From Halarcobacter sp. (GTDB lineage: Bacteria > Campylobacterota > Campylobacteria > Campylobacterales > Arcobacteraceae), in assembly GCA_048571215.1 (NCBI GenBank), contig CP182352.1:384001-448000 (forward strand): 64,000 bases of DNA. Reading direction: 5' to 3'. Positions 1 through 8,207 of the stretch are shown here, one piece after another (within the stretch, counting starts at the first letter, position 1; each line of letters opens with the position of its first letter). Both the position numbers and the translations under genes were made by a program. The notes under the pieces are model-generated. The model had not been told where the DNA came from, did no database searches, and saw only the letters and a program-made list of their open reading frames with translations.

Positions 1-508
1 ATTGTAATTCAAACTCTTTTATCAAATAGCTTTTATCTTTTTTTGCTTTTAAAGCAGCTATATGGTTTTTAGTTATAACTTGTTGTTTAATAATTAATTT
101 ATATCCAGAAATAAGCTCTTTTAATTCTTCTTCTATGGTATCTACAATAGGTATTTTAATATCTTTATCTTTAGCTGTAACAATCATTTTAGATAAAAGC
201 TGTGCATCTTTTATATCATTTTTATTTCTATATCCCATTACTTTTGCAAAGCTAGCACTTTTTTTAGGATTTACTATAAAGCTTTTTATATTTTTGTTTG
301 CACAAAACTGTTTTAAAAGAAATGAATAATTAGCTGTTGGTTCATAAACAAATACTAATTTATCTATCTCTTTTTTATAAAGCTTTTTTAGTTTAGAGTA
401 CAAACTTTTTATTCCATTTAAACTATTATCAATAATTAAATCTAAATCATTTATTGGAATATAAACATTAATTGTTGACTTACTTACATCTAATCCGATA
501 GAATACAT
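1..508 (-). CDS. IS110-family recombinase (copy 1), N-terminal part; runs off the window start
   Basis: 1-783 is near-identical to 41341-42123 (offset 41340; differences seen at positions 1 and 301). ATG at 508, same MYSIGLDVSK start as the copy 2 ORF. Confidence 0.95.
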   Translation of the reverse strand, partial: MYSIGLDVSKSTINVYIPINDLDLIIDNSLNGIKSLYSKLKKLYKKEIDKLVFVYEPTANYSFLLKQFCANKNIKSFIVNPKKSASFAKVMGYRNKNDIKDAQLLSKMIVTAKDKDIKIPIVDTIEEELKELISGYKLIIKQQVITKNHIAALKAKKDKSYLIKEFELQ

Positions 509-540
509 TTCTAGAACCTTTATTTTAGGATAAAGAGTTC

Positions 541-760
541 GTTAGGGTAGGATTTCTCCTACCTGATAATTGTTATACAAACTTTAGACTTATAAAATAC
601 GAACTAGTTATAAAACTGTTCTTGTTGCCACTCAAATTTAAAGTATAACTATCAAACTCGCCATCAAGCTAATTATAAATTATTTTTTATAATTGCTTTA
701 GTTCCGCAACGATATATTATCTTTCAAACTCTTTGGAAATATATTAACTATATTCCCTTA
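541..760 (-). ncRNA. Putative IS110 bridge RNA (copy 1); ends approximate
   Basis: Minus-strand TATAAT at 766-771. Two internal loops carry target-matching (700-711, 655-662) and donor-matching (624-631, 588-594) segments, each capped by a hairpin. Confidence 0.8.
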
Positions 761-777
761 AATGTATTATATAAGTT

Positions 778-872
778 CCGCAACGTAGTAAATATTTTAT
801 AAATCGGAAGGCACCTTTAGGTTCTGAAGCCGTTGTGGCTTTTTTGCTTCTTTTTTACCACCAAAAAAGATG
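778..872. repeat. Half of a palindromic REP/MITE-like element interrupted by IS110 copy 1
   Basis: Begins CCGCAA. Its tail GGCTTTTTTGCTTCTTTTTTACCACCAAAAAAGA resembles GGTTGCTTTTTGTCTTACTTTTTACAATTAAAAAGT beside IS copy 2. Confidence 0.6.
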
Positions 873-921
873 ATATTATAGAAAAGAGGAAAAGGTGATT
901 GTCCCCTTTTACTCACTCAAT

Positions 922-1035
922 TATTTTATAAATAGAATTGTACTTTTAAGAAAAGGTACCTTTTATCTTTTATCTGTCCTATTTTATCTATCTTAAATTA
1001 TAAAAGTGGAGACTCATCCGCAGGGGTTTTACTTT
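922..1035. repeat. About 110-bp dispersed repeat, copy A, with degenerate tmRNA att-like core
   Basis: Aligns with 4148-4246 (TATTTTATAAATAGAATTG...TAAATTATAAAAGTGGAGAyTCATCCkCAGGGGTkTTACTTT). Confidence 0.85.
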
Positions 1036-1137
1036 GGGTGTTACTTTAAAACTATATAATATTTTATAATGGTTTTAATTGTTTTTATTCTTATAAAAGA
1101 TAAAATAAGAGTAATTTTAAATAATAAAGAGAGATAT

Positions 1138-2955
1138 ATGAAGTTACAATTTTTAAAACCTTATCCTAATTCATCTATTACAGAAAAATTTGAAGATATT
1201 GAAATTAATGATTTTGCCATTATAACAGGTAAAAATGGAGTAGGAAAAACTCACTTACTAGAAGCAATTGTACATAATGATAATTATATAAATATAGATG
1301 GTGGTGTAAATGCAATATATTTTAATTATAATGATTTTGTTGTTGAAAACACTTCATCTAATCAGCAAAAAAATAAATCACAATTAAAGAAAAAAAACAG
1401 TAATGCACATAATATAAATCAAGAGTTACAAAATGTAAAAAATAGAATTAGTCAATCTATACGTACACCATTAATAAATGCTTTTCGTGAAAATAATCAA
1501 TTAATTAATCAAGTTTACTCTTATATTTTAAATAGAGTTGAGTTTTTAAATATTCCTTCATTTGATGAATTTCAAAGTAACTTAATAAGGTATACAAATG
1601 ATATTGAGCTTTTAAATAGTATATATACTCTTTTAAATCAATCAGTTGATGATTTTTCTAAAACAAAAGATAAAAAGTTTAATTTTTATTATAAAAAAGC
1701 AAATAGTTTAAATTTATCTATTCAACAAATAAATAATACTCATTTAGAATATAAAGAAACTTGGCTTGGACAACTTTTAGAGAATGAATTTAAAGGTTAT
1801 ATAAAAGCCTTTGACAAAGCTCAAAGAAAAATTATTAGGAATAGTTCTAAAAACATAACGCAAGCAGAAATTGAAGAAAGAATAATAAAAGAGGTTGGAG
1901 TAGCACCTTGGATTATGCTAAATGAAATATTAGAAATGTATAGTTGTAATGGTTATATTATAGATAGAGATCTTGCATATGGCATAGAAACTTACCAAAA
2001 TATAGACCAACAACCATTAAATATAGTATTGAAAAATTATAAAATTGATAGAACAATTAATTTAGATAGATTATCGTCAGGAGAGAAAACTTTATTTGCA
2101 CTTGCAGTAGCACTATATCGTCAAGAGAAGGACAAAAATTTACCAACAGTATTACTTCTAGATGAAATTGATAGTTCTTTACATCCTTCTATGTGTAGGC
2201 AACTTTTAGATGTTTTAGAAAATGTGTTTGTAAAGAAACATAATTTAAAGATTATTATGGTGACTCATTCTCCTTCAACAGTTGCATTAGCCCCTGATGA
2301 TTCAGTATATGTATTAGAAAATAATAATGGAAAAATTAATTTAGAAAATAAAAATAAAGATGAAGCTATCAAGTTCTTGTCAGATGGTTTTGCTACATTT
2401 AATGATGGACTTTTATTTTTAGATAGACTATTAAATAATGATAAAAAAATATCAATTTTAACAGAAGGTAAGAACACTTTATATATAGAAAAAGCTATAT
2501 CTTTACTTGCTCCTGAAATATCAAATGATATAGAAGTTATAAAGGGAGCAGAATCAAAAAGTGGAAAAACTCAGTTGAAAACTTTGTTTGATTTCATTTC
2601 AAAAATTAAACATAACCAGACAATATTTTTTATTTGGGATGGCGATTGTAGTGAATATACAAAATTAGAAGAAGAAAATAATATTATACCTTTTATTTTT
2701 GAAAAAAATAATGATAATGAAATTTCAAAAAAAGGTATTGAAAATCTTTTTAGAGAAGAATTATTTGAAGGTTTTTATACTGAAATAAAGAAATCAGATG
2801 GAATTATATATAAAACATTCGAAGAAAATAGAAAAAATGATTTTTTTAATTTAATTGAAGAAAGAAATCAAAAAGATGATTTTGAAAAGTTTAAGCCTTT
2901 AGTTCAAATACTAACTGATAAAATAAAAGGAGATTCTAAATTAAAAAATCAATAA
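1138..2955 (+). CDS. ABC/AAA_15-AAA_21-type ATPase with C-terminal TOPRIM-like domain (OLD/PARIS-like, putative defence protein)
   Basis: Walker A GKNGVGKT, signature LSSGE, Walker B LLLDE, H-loop MVTHSP; C-terminal LTEGK...IWDGD acidic motifs. ATG 1138 preferred over 1069. Confidence 0.8.
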   Translation: MKLQFLKPYPNSSITEKFEDIEINDFAIITGKNGVGKTHLLEAIVHNDNYINIDGGVNAIYFNYNDFVVENTSSNQQKNKSQLKKKNSNAHNINQELQNVKNRISQSIRTPLINAFRENNQLINQVYSYILNRVEFLNIPSFDEFQSNLIRYTNDIELLNSIYTLLNQSVDDFSKTKDKKFNFYYKKANSLNLSIQQINNTHLEYKETWLGQLLENEFKGYIKAFDKAQRKIIRNSSKNITQAEIEERIIKEVGVAPWIMLNEILEMYSCNGYIIDRDLAYGIETYQNIDQQPLNIVLKNYKIDRTINLDRLSSGEKTLFALAVALYRQEKDKNLPTVLLLDEIDSSLHPSMCRQLLDVLENVFVKKHNLKIIMVTHSPSTVALAPDDSVYVLENNNGKINLENKNKDEAIKFLSDGFATFNDGLLFLDRLLNNDKKISILTEGKNTLYIEKAISLLAPEISNDIEVIKGAESKSGKTQLKTLFDFISKIKHNQTIFFIWDGDCSEYTKLEEENNIIPFIFEKNNDNEISKKGIENLFREELFEGFYTEIKKSDGIIYKTFEENRKNDFFNLIEERNQKDDFEKFKPLVQILTDKIKGDSKLKNQ

Positions 2956-2981
2956 TATTTCTATCAAGAAATAAAGGGGAC

Positions 2982-3189
2982 AAAATAAAGGAGACAGGCA
3001 CCTTTTTATATAAAACTAATTTGATAAAGATTCATTTTTAAAAAGTAGCTAAAAATTCATACATGGTGGAGATGTCATCCCTCGAAAATAAAGGAGACAG
3101 GCACCTTTTTATATAAAACTAATTTGATAAAGATTCATTTTCAAAAAGTAGCTAAAAATTCATACATGGTGGAGATGTCATCCCTCGAA
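2982..3189. repeat. Tandem duplication, 2 x 103 bp, each unit carrying a copy of the tmRNA 3' end
   Basis: 2982-3084 matches 3085-3187 with one mismatch seen. TGGTGGAGATGTC at 3064-3076 and 3167-3179 equals tmRNA 7695-7707. Confidence 0.95.
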
Positions 3190-3276
3190 GTTTAATTTAT
3201 ATGGGAGGTTTGAGAGTATATTTTTTTAAAGACCCCTTAAATAGTATCTTAAAATTTATATATATAGAAATATTTT

Positions 3277-3711
3277 TTAGTCTTTCCAATCTCTATCATT
3301 ATAAAAATCTCTTAAACTTTTGCCATGAAGCATTAATCTTGCATGGTTTACTTCTTTTACAACATCACAGTTAGGGTTTTGTAAACCGGAAAATATACCA
3401 CTTTCATCTTTTATATAGTCATAATTATGTTTATTAATAATTTCTTTTATTGAAATATTTAATTTATTATATCTGTCTTGATTAGAAATTTCTTTTTTGA
3501 TTTCATAGCTTTTTATTTTTTGGCAATTTAATCTATACCTGTAATAATCAACTTTTTTTTGTAAAGTTAATTTTACTTTTAATTTATTTTCTAAGTCTAT
3601 ATATTCTTCTTTGTCAGCATAGTTATCAGGGAAACTATTTCTTAATTCAACAATACTATGATTAATACCTAATATCTCAAGGTCTAAATTCATTAATTCT
3701 CTTTTATCCAT
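3277..3711 (-). CDS. Hypothetical protein (island)
   Basis: 144-aa ORF with ATG start and normal composition; no recognised motif. Confidence 0.6.
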   Translation of the reverse strand: MDKRELMNLDLEILGINHSIVELRNSFPDNYADKEEYIDLENKLKVKLTLQKKVDYYRYRLNCQKIKSYEIKKEISNQDRYNKLNISIKEIINKHNYDYIKDESGIFSGLQNPNCDVVKEVNHARLMLHGKSLRDFYNDRDWKD

Positions 3712-3734
3712 AAAAAATTATATCTAAAAAAAGA

Positions 3735-3900
3735 TTATATTTTTTTATTCATCCAATTATTAACTTTTTCCTCTTCCCAAACAGTAACCCTAGGGCTTAA
3801 TTTTATTGGTTTAGGAAATTTACCTTCTTTAACCCATAACCAAATGGTACTTTTAGCAAGTCTAGTTTTTTTATATCTAATTTTTTTAATAATAAAAAGA
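3735..3900 (-). pseudogene. alpA: AlpA-family regulator / recombination directionality factor remnant
   Basis: KKTRLAKSTIWLWVKEGKFPKPIKLSPRVTVW is a typical AlpA motif. The N-terminus is eroded and abuts a repeat element. Confidence 0.75.
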
Positions 3901-3920
3901 TAATTTAAATTGTTGGCAGT

Positions 3921-4110
3921 TGTCTTGTAGAGCAAAGCTCTCCGCTTTCATACTTTTTAATTGTAAAAAGTATGGCTTGTGCTTGCACTCTCTTTGAGAA
4001 AAAGCAACCAGACACGTTGTTGAAGCTAAAGTTCCCTCCCACTTTACTTTTTTAAAGCTAGTCTGCGAAACTCTTTGCTACTTTCTTTTTTACAAAAGAA
4101 AGTCGGAATA
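3921..4110. repeat. Palindromic REP/MITE-like element, unoccupied member of the IS110 target family
   Basis: 3921-4040 aligns with the reverse complement of 42147-42245 (CGCTTTC..ACTTTTTAATTGTAAAAAGTA..AAAAAGCAACCAGAC..GTTG.TGAAG). Several hairpins present. Confidence 0.8.
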
Positions 4111-4147
4111 AGTTAAGACGTACAGTAAAAATATATTTGAAATCAAA

Positions 4148-4246
4148 TATTTTATAAATAGAATTGCACTTTTAAGAAAAGGTGCTTGACCCATTATATC
4201 TATCTAAATTATAAAAGTGGAGATTCATCCTCAGGGGTGTTACTTT
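4148..4246. repeat. About 110-bp dispersed repeat, copy B
   Basis: Aligns with 922-1035. Confidence 0.85.
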
Positions 4247-4368
4247 CACCAAAGGTGACAAATGAAATAAAAAATATTTGAGAATGTATTTATTTTGATT
4301 ACAATTTGCAATAGAATTTATAAACATATAAATTATTTGATAAAATATCTTAATTAAAGGAGAAAAAT

Positions 4369-5709
4369 ATGATATTTACACAATATGATTTTGAAAAGTT
4401 TAGAGACGATCCCTCTAAGTTTATGGAAGAGGTTACAAAAAAAATCAATCAAGGTGACACAAAAATGATTCTTGCAAAAGAGCCAATTAATGATAAGTAT
4501 CCAAAAGAAGAAGGTATATTTTTTATTCATAACAAATTAATGAATTTAGAAGATATTTCAACAAATAATATTGCTGAGTCATTAAAAGATTACACTGATT
4601 TTATGAAAAAACATAAAATAAAAGTTATAAAAGAATATGATTCTGAATGTTCTTTAGCATATAAAGGTGAAATTCCAAAAATAAAAGTTGAAAACTTTGA
4701 AACACAATCCTTTTATAATTATGATAAATTTCAAATCATCGATGGATATACATTAAGTAGAAACGATAATCAAGATATCTTAGGGTATTTAAAACCAATT
4801 GATTATAGTTATGCCTTAGATAGTAATGCTGCATCTTTCTTTGCAAGATATATTAGCAATAATGATCTTAAATATAAGGACTTATATAATCAAATTATTT
4901 CAGACGAAAATAATATTGATATAGCACCATATATTTTCGAAACAGTTCTACATGGATTAAAAGATTTTGGTATAAATTATAAACTTAATAAGAAAAATAA
5001 AAATAAAACGCAGGCTGGTTTTTTTGAAACACTTAAAATTTTACATAGAGAAGGATTATTTAAAGAAAAATTAGGAAAGATATTTATCAATAATATTATA
5101 AATGGTACGAATCCTCTCATTAAATACTATGGAATATTAGGTTTTCAGTCACATTTATTTTTGCTTTATTTGTTAGAAGCAAGATATAAATTTGGGAAAG
5201 CTCCTAATAAAATAAAAGATTATGTTTATGATGAAATGAGGAAAACAAATATTCCAATAGAAAATAGATTTAAAGCACTAATATATCTTTTTTGTGATAA
5301 TCCTGGTCATAAATTCTTTGAAAAAGTTATAAACTTTCCTAAAAAAGCTTCGAATCTTGAGAATTACATGAAAAATGTAGATAATACAGGAAGAGATATT
5401 GCATTAATTTCGTTAGAAAAATATGTATATGGTAAATTGAATATTTACCCTTTTATGGCATCTGATGATGAAGGCTTAATAGAAATGTTTAAAGATACCA
5501 AGCCTGATTATGTTTTTATATTTGATGGTATGGCAAGTCCTATGTATAAAAAGATAAATAATGAAATGCAGAAAAAACATTTAAACTATTTTGAAACTAA
5601 TAATCCTAAAGATACAATTAAGTATCAAGAAGGAACACTAGAAGATCTAATTAAAACATATAAAGATAGAAAAAATTCTTTTATAAGCTTAATTGCTGAA
5701 AATAAATAA
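4369..5709 (+). CDS. Hypothetical protein, possibly PIN-like nuclease fold
   Basis: 446-aa ORF with AAGGAG RBS. YALDSN and RDIAL...FMASDDEGL motifs resemble PIN acidic residues (weak). Confidence 0.6.
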   Translation: MIFTQYDFEKFRDDPSKFMEEVTKKINQGDTKMILAKEPINDKYPKEEGIFFIHNKLMNLEDISTNNIAESLKDYTDFMKKHKIKVIKEYDSECSLAYKGEIPKIKVENFETQSFYNYDKFQIIDGYTLSRNDNQDILGYLKPIDYSYALDSNAASFFARYISNNDLKYKDLYNQIISDENNIDIAPYIFETVLHGLKDFGINYKLNKKNKNKTQAGFFETLKILHREGLFKEKLGKIFINNIINGTNPLIKYYGILGFQSHLFLLYLLEARYKFGKAPNKIKDYVYDEMRKTNIPIENRFKALIYLFCDNPGHKFFEKVINFPKKASNLENYMKNVDNTGRDIALISLEKYVYGKLNIYPFMASDDEGLIEMFKDTKPDYVFIFDGMASPMYKKINNEMQKKHLNYFETNNPKDTIKYQEGTLEDLIKTYKDRKNSFISLIAENK

Positions 5710-5776
5710 AGACAATATCTATAGAGAAAATGCACAATTTATAAATCAAGAAGGCAAAAAGAATAAAAGGATTATT

Positions 5777-6418
5777 GTGAAACATAGAAAAAATAAAAAT
5801 TTAAATAAAAAGAACTCTAATTTTCATATTATGGATAATCCTTTTAATGGATTATCGGAAGAACAAAGAAAGCAAGTGTTTGAGGATGTATCAAAAAAAG
5901 CTGAAGAAAAATATGAGCCAACAAAAGAAAAAATATTTGCTATTTTAAAAGAATATGATTTTAGACTTATATTATCATTCTTAGCTACTTATAATCTAAT
6001 GGCTAGTGTAGGAAGAAAGGGGATAAGTAAAGATAAAGAACCTTTCCTAACACAAGCTCATATTGAAATTTGTCAATCATTTATATTAACTATTCCTGAA
6101 GAAGAAATGAAATTCAAAGTTCCTCCTCATAGCATATACAAAGAACTAATGGATTTGTTAAAAGAACTTTTAGAATCTATACATTATAAAAATATGAAAG
6201 CTGATTTTATTGATTTAGAAGCAGAAAAGAAATCTCAAAAAATGATTCAAGAATTTGTTAAAAGTCATACTCAAGTTGTTCGTAATTGGGGCTCATTTTC
6301 TCAAGTAAAACAAATCACTAGTGAAATCTACTCAAAATTTGATGAAGAATTACAAAAAAACTATAATTATACTTGTAATAATTTAATTGAATTTTTCCAA
6401 TATCTGATAGGAAATTAG
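5777..6418 (+). pseudogene. Hypothetical protein, probably C-terminally truncated at a repeat junction
   Basis: GTG 5777 follows AAAAGGA. The stop codon lies within the first bases of the 170-bp repeat that starts at 6411. Confidence 0.55.
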
Positions 6419-6579
6419 GGGTCATGCGATAACGATAACCTAGAAAAAAGATTAGAGGTACTTTTTATATATAAAAACTTACTGTGATACTTTTAGAAAA
6501 TTAAACGATAAAAATGATATAAGGACTATTGGACTTTTATTTAAGTAATAAAGTAATGGTGGAGATGTCCTGAATTGAA
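6411..6579. repeat. About 170-bp direct repeat copy 1, ending in a tmRNA 3'-end copy (attR-like, 6557-6579)
   Basis: High identity to 7550-7717. TGGTGGAGATGTCCtGAATTGAA differs from the tmRNA at 1 of 23 positions. Confidence 0.95.
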
Positions 6580-6730
6580 TTTTATTCTTTAAGAGCTTAA
6601 TATAAGCCTTTTATGATTTTTTTAAACTAGTGATATGCCATTAAATATGCCACTTGGACTATACGTTGAAAAATAAAAGGTTTATGTAGTTCAATGTGTA
6701 TTTCTTAAAGTCAAAAGTTATACTTCAAAA

Positions 6731-7348
6731 TCAACTAAAAACTTTATTTAGACCTTTTTGTAGAATTGTTTTCATTTTTTCACAATCAGCAATCATGCAA
6801 TCAATTGATGCTTTTATATAGTCATCATTTTCTAAAGTATCTTCATAATTTATATATTCATAACCATTAAAAGTTACTATCATATCAAAAAATAGTCTTA
6901 ATGCTCGTCCATTTCCTTCGTTAAAAGGGTGTAATACATTCAATTCGCAAATATAAAAAGCAAGCTTATCTATAAACTCATCTTTTTTTGATATGTCTTC
7001 AAAGTCTTTTAAAAAATTGTCATTTTTTAATTTTATAAAAATCTCATTAGAAAATGACGATAGATTTGAGTAAGGACAAAACATACTTTCATCTTTTGAT
7101 ATGTTAACAGTTCTAAATTTTCCTGCCCAATCATATAATTGAAAAAAGATTTGTTCATGAACTTTACAAAGGTATTTTTCATCAAATTTTATATTTTCAT
7201 CTAGTTCTGTATGAAGATGTTCATAAGCTCTAGCTAATAATTCTTTTTCAATCTCAGTTATAATCTTAAGTTCTTTGATATTTAGTTTATTTATAGGAAT
7301 ATCACTATTTTCATAATAAATGTGATTTGAAGGAGGATAATATTTCAT
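6731..7348 (-). CDS. fic: Fic-domain toxin (AMPylase, class I)
   Basis: Canonical HPFNEGNGRALR motif; DWAGKFRTVNISK segment. Confidence 0.92.
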   Translation of the reverse strand: MKYYPPSNHIYYENSDIPINKLNIKELKIITEIEKELLARAYEHLHTELDENIKFDEKYLCKVHEQIFFQLYDWAGKFRTVNISKDESMFCPYSNLSSFSNEIFIKLKNDNFLKDFEDISKKDEFIDKLAFYICELNVLHPFNEGNGRALRLFFDMIVTFNGYEYINYEDTLENDDYIKASIDCMIADCEKMKTILQKGLNKVFS

Positions 7349-7482
7349 TATTTAAGTAAAGATAAATATTGTTTCACTTTTTTTAATATTTCTTTATCCT
7401 TAGTAGGCTTATAACCCTCAATTTGATTTGAAATTGAAGCTGTTTTTAAAGCTTTTTTTCTAGAAAAAGGTGGTTTACTCAT
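7348..7482 (-). CDS. VbhA/FicA-like antitoxin, 44 aa (absent from the ORF track)
   Basis: MSKPPFSRKKALKTASISNQIEGYKPTKDKEILKKVKQYLSLLK contains the SxxxEG inhibitory motif. AAGGAG RBS, TAATG overlap with fic, and TGnTATAAT at 7509-7517. Confidence 0.88.
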   Translation of the reverse strand: MSKPPFSRKKALKTASISNQIEGYKPTKDKEILKKVKQYLSLLK

Positions 7483-7549
7483 AACTTAACTCCTTATACA
7501 ATTCTAATATTATACCAGATTATTTAAATTAAATCTATATTTACCTATA

Positions 7550-7717
7550 GAAATTAGGGTTATGTGATAACGATAAGCTAGAAAAAAGATGAGAGGTACT
7601 TTTTATATATAAAAATTTACTGTGATACTTTTAGAAAATTAAATGATAAAAATGATATAAGGACTATTAGACTTTTATTTAAGTAATAAAGTAATGGTGG
7701 AGATGTCCGGAATTGAA
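7550..7717. repeat. About 170-bp direct repeat copy 2, overlapping the tmRNA 3' end
   Basis: Aligns with 6411-6579. Confidence 0.95.
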
Positions 7718-8093
7718 CCGGAGTCTTAAAACAGCTATTACTAGCGTCTACATGTTTAGAAAAGGTTGAAAAATTTCACTTTGCAACTACTCAACCTGCA
7801 AGGCAATTGCGAAGCTAAGATTTAAAGTGTCTCAAATTAGCCAAATCAACTCTAAAATGATAATCTATCTAGGGTGAACCCACTAAAATCTACTTAGATA
7901 GAATCAGTAGTGTGAGCCTCCGAGGTCTCAAGCCGTAAGGCGAGTCCTATAAGTTGTTAAACTTACGCAGCTTTTGCGTAAGCTGGAGCGTAATTAGTAT
8001 TATTTGCGTCTAAAAAAAATGAACCGCGTAACGGCATGTTCAGGCCGACATGCAACTAATCCTCACTGCTCTAATCGATACCAAGTCATCCCC
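7695..8093 (-). ncRNA. ssrA: tmRNA
   Basis: 5' GGGGATGAC, 3' T-arm CCGGTTCAATTCCGG followed by ACATCTCCACCA. Tag frame 8007-7963 encodes ANNTNYAPAYAKAA*. Confidence 0.97.
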
Positions 8094-8110
8094 ATAAAAA
8101 TTGGAAGCGA

Positions 8111-8119
8111 ATTATATCA
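8111..8119 (-). promoter_or_regulatory. Extended -10 promoter of ssrA
   Basis: TGATATAAT on the minus strand just upstream of the tmRNA 5' end. Confidence 0.6.
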
Positions 8120-8207
8120 GAATTTTTTGAGTTTTACAAATAAAAACTGTGACCAGATTTAAATAATACTTAGATAGAATACAGAATATTTTAATTGGAG
8201 TTTTTAA

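Larger units (their letters stand above)
1..777 (-). mobile_element. IS110-family element copy 1 (partial, left end at about 774-777)
   Basis: Duplicate of the element at 40826-42117. Identity continues only 6 bp into the flank (CCGCAA), then diverges. Confidence 0.9.

Noticed and set aside
135..329. Small plus-strand ORF repeated at 41475-41669
   Set aside because: Antisense to the IS110 recombinase; repeated only because the IS is duplicated.
2982..3189. Possible CRISPR array
   Set aside because: Two near-identical 103-bp units with no unique spacers, and no cas genes in the window.
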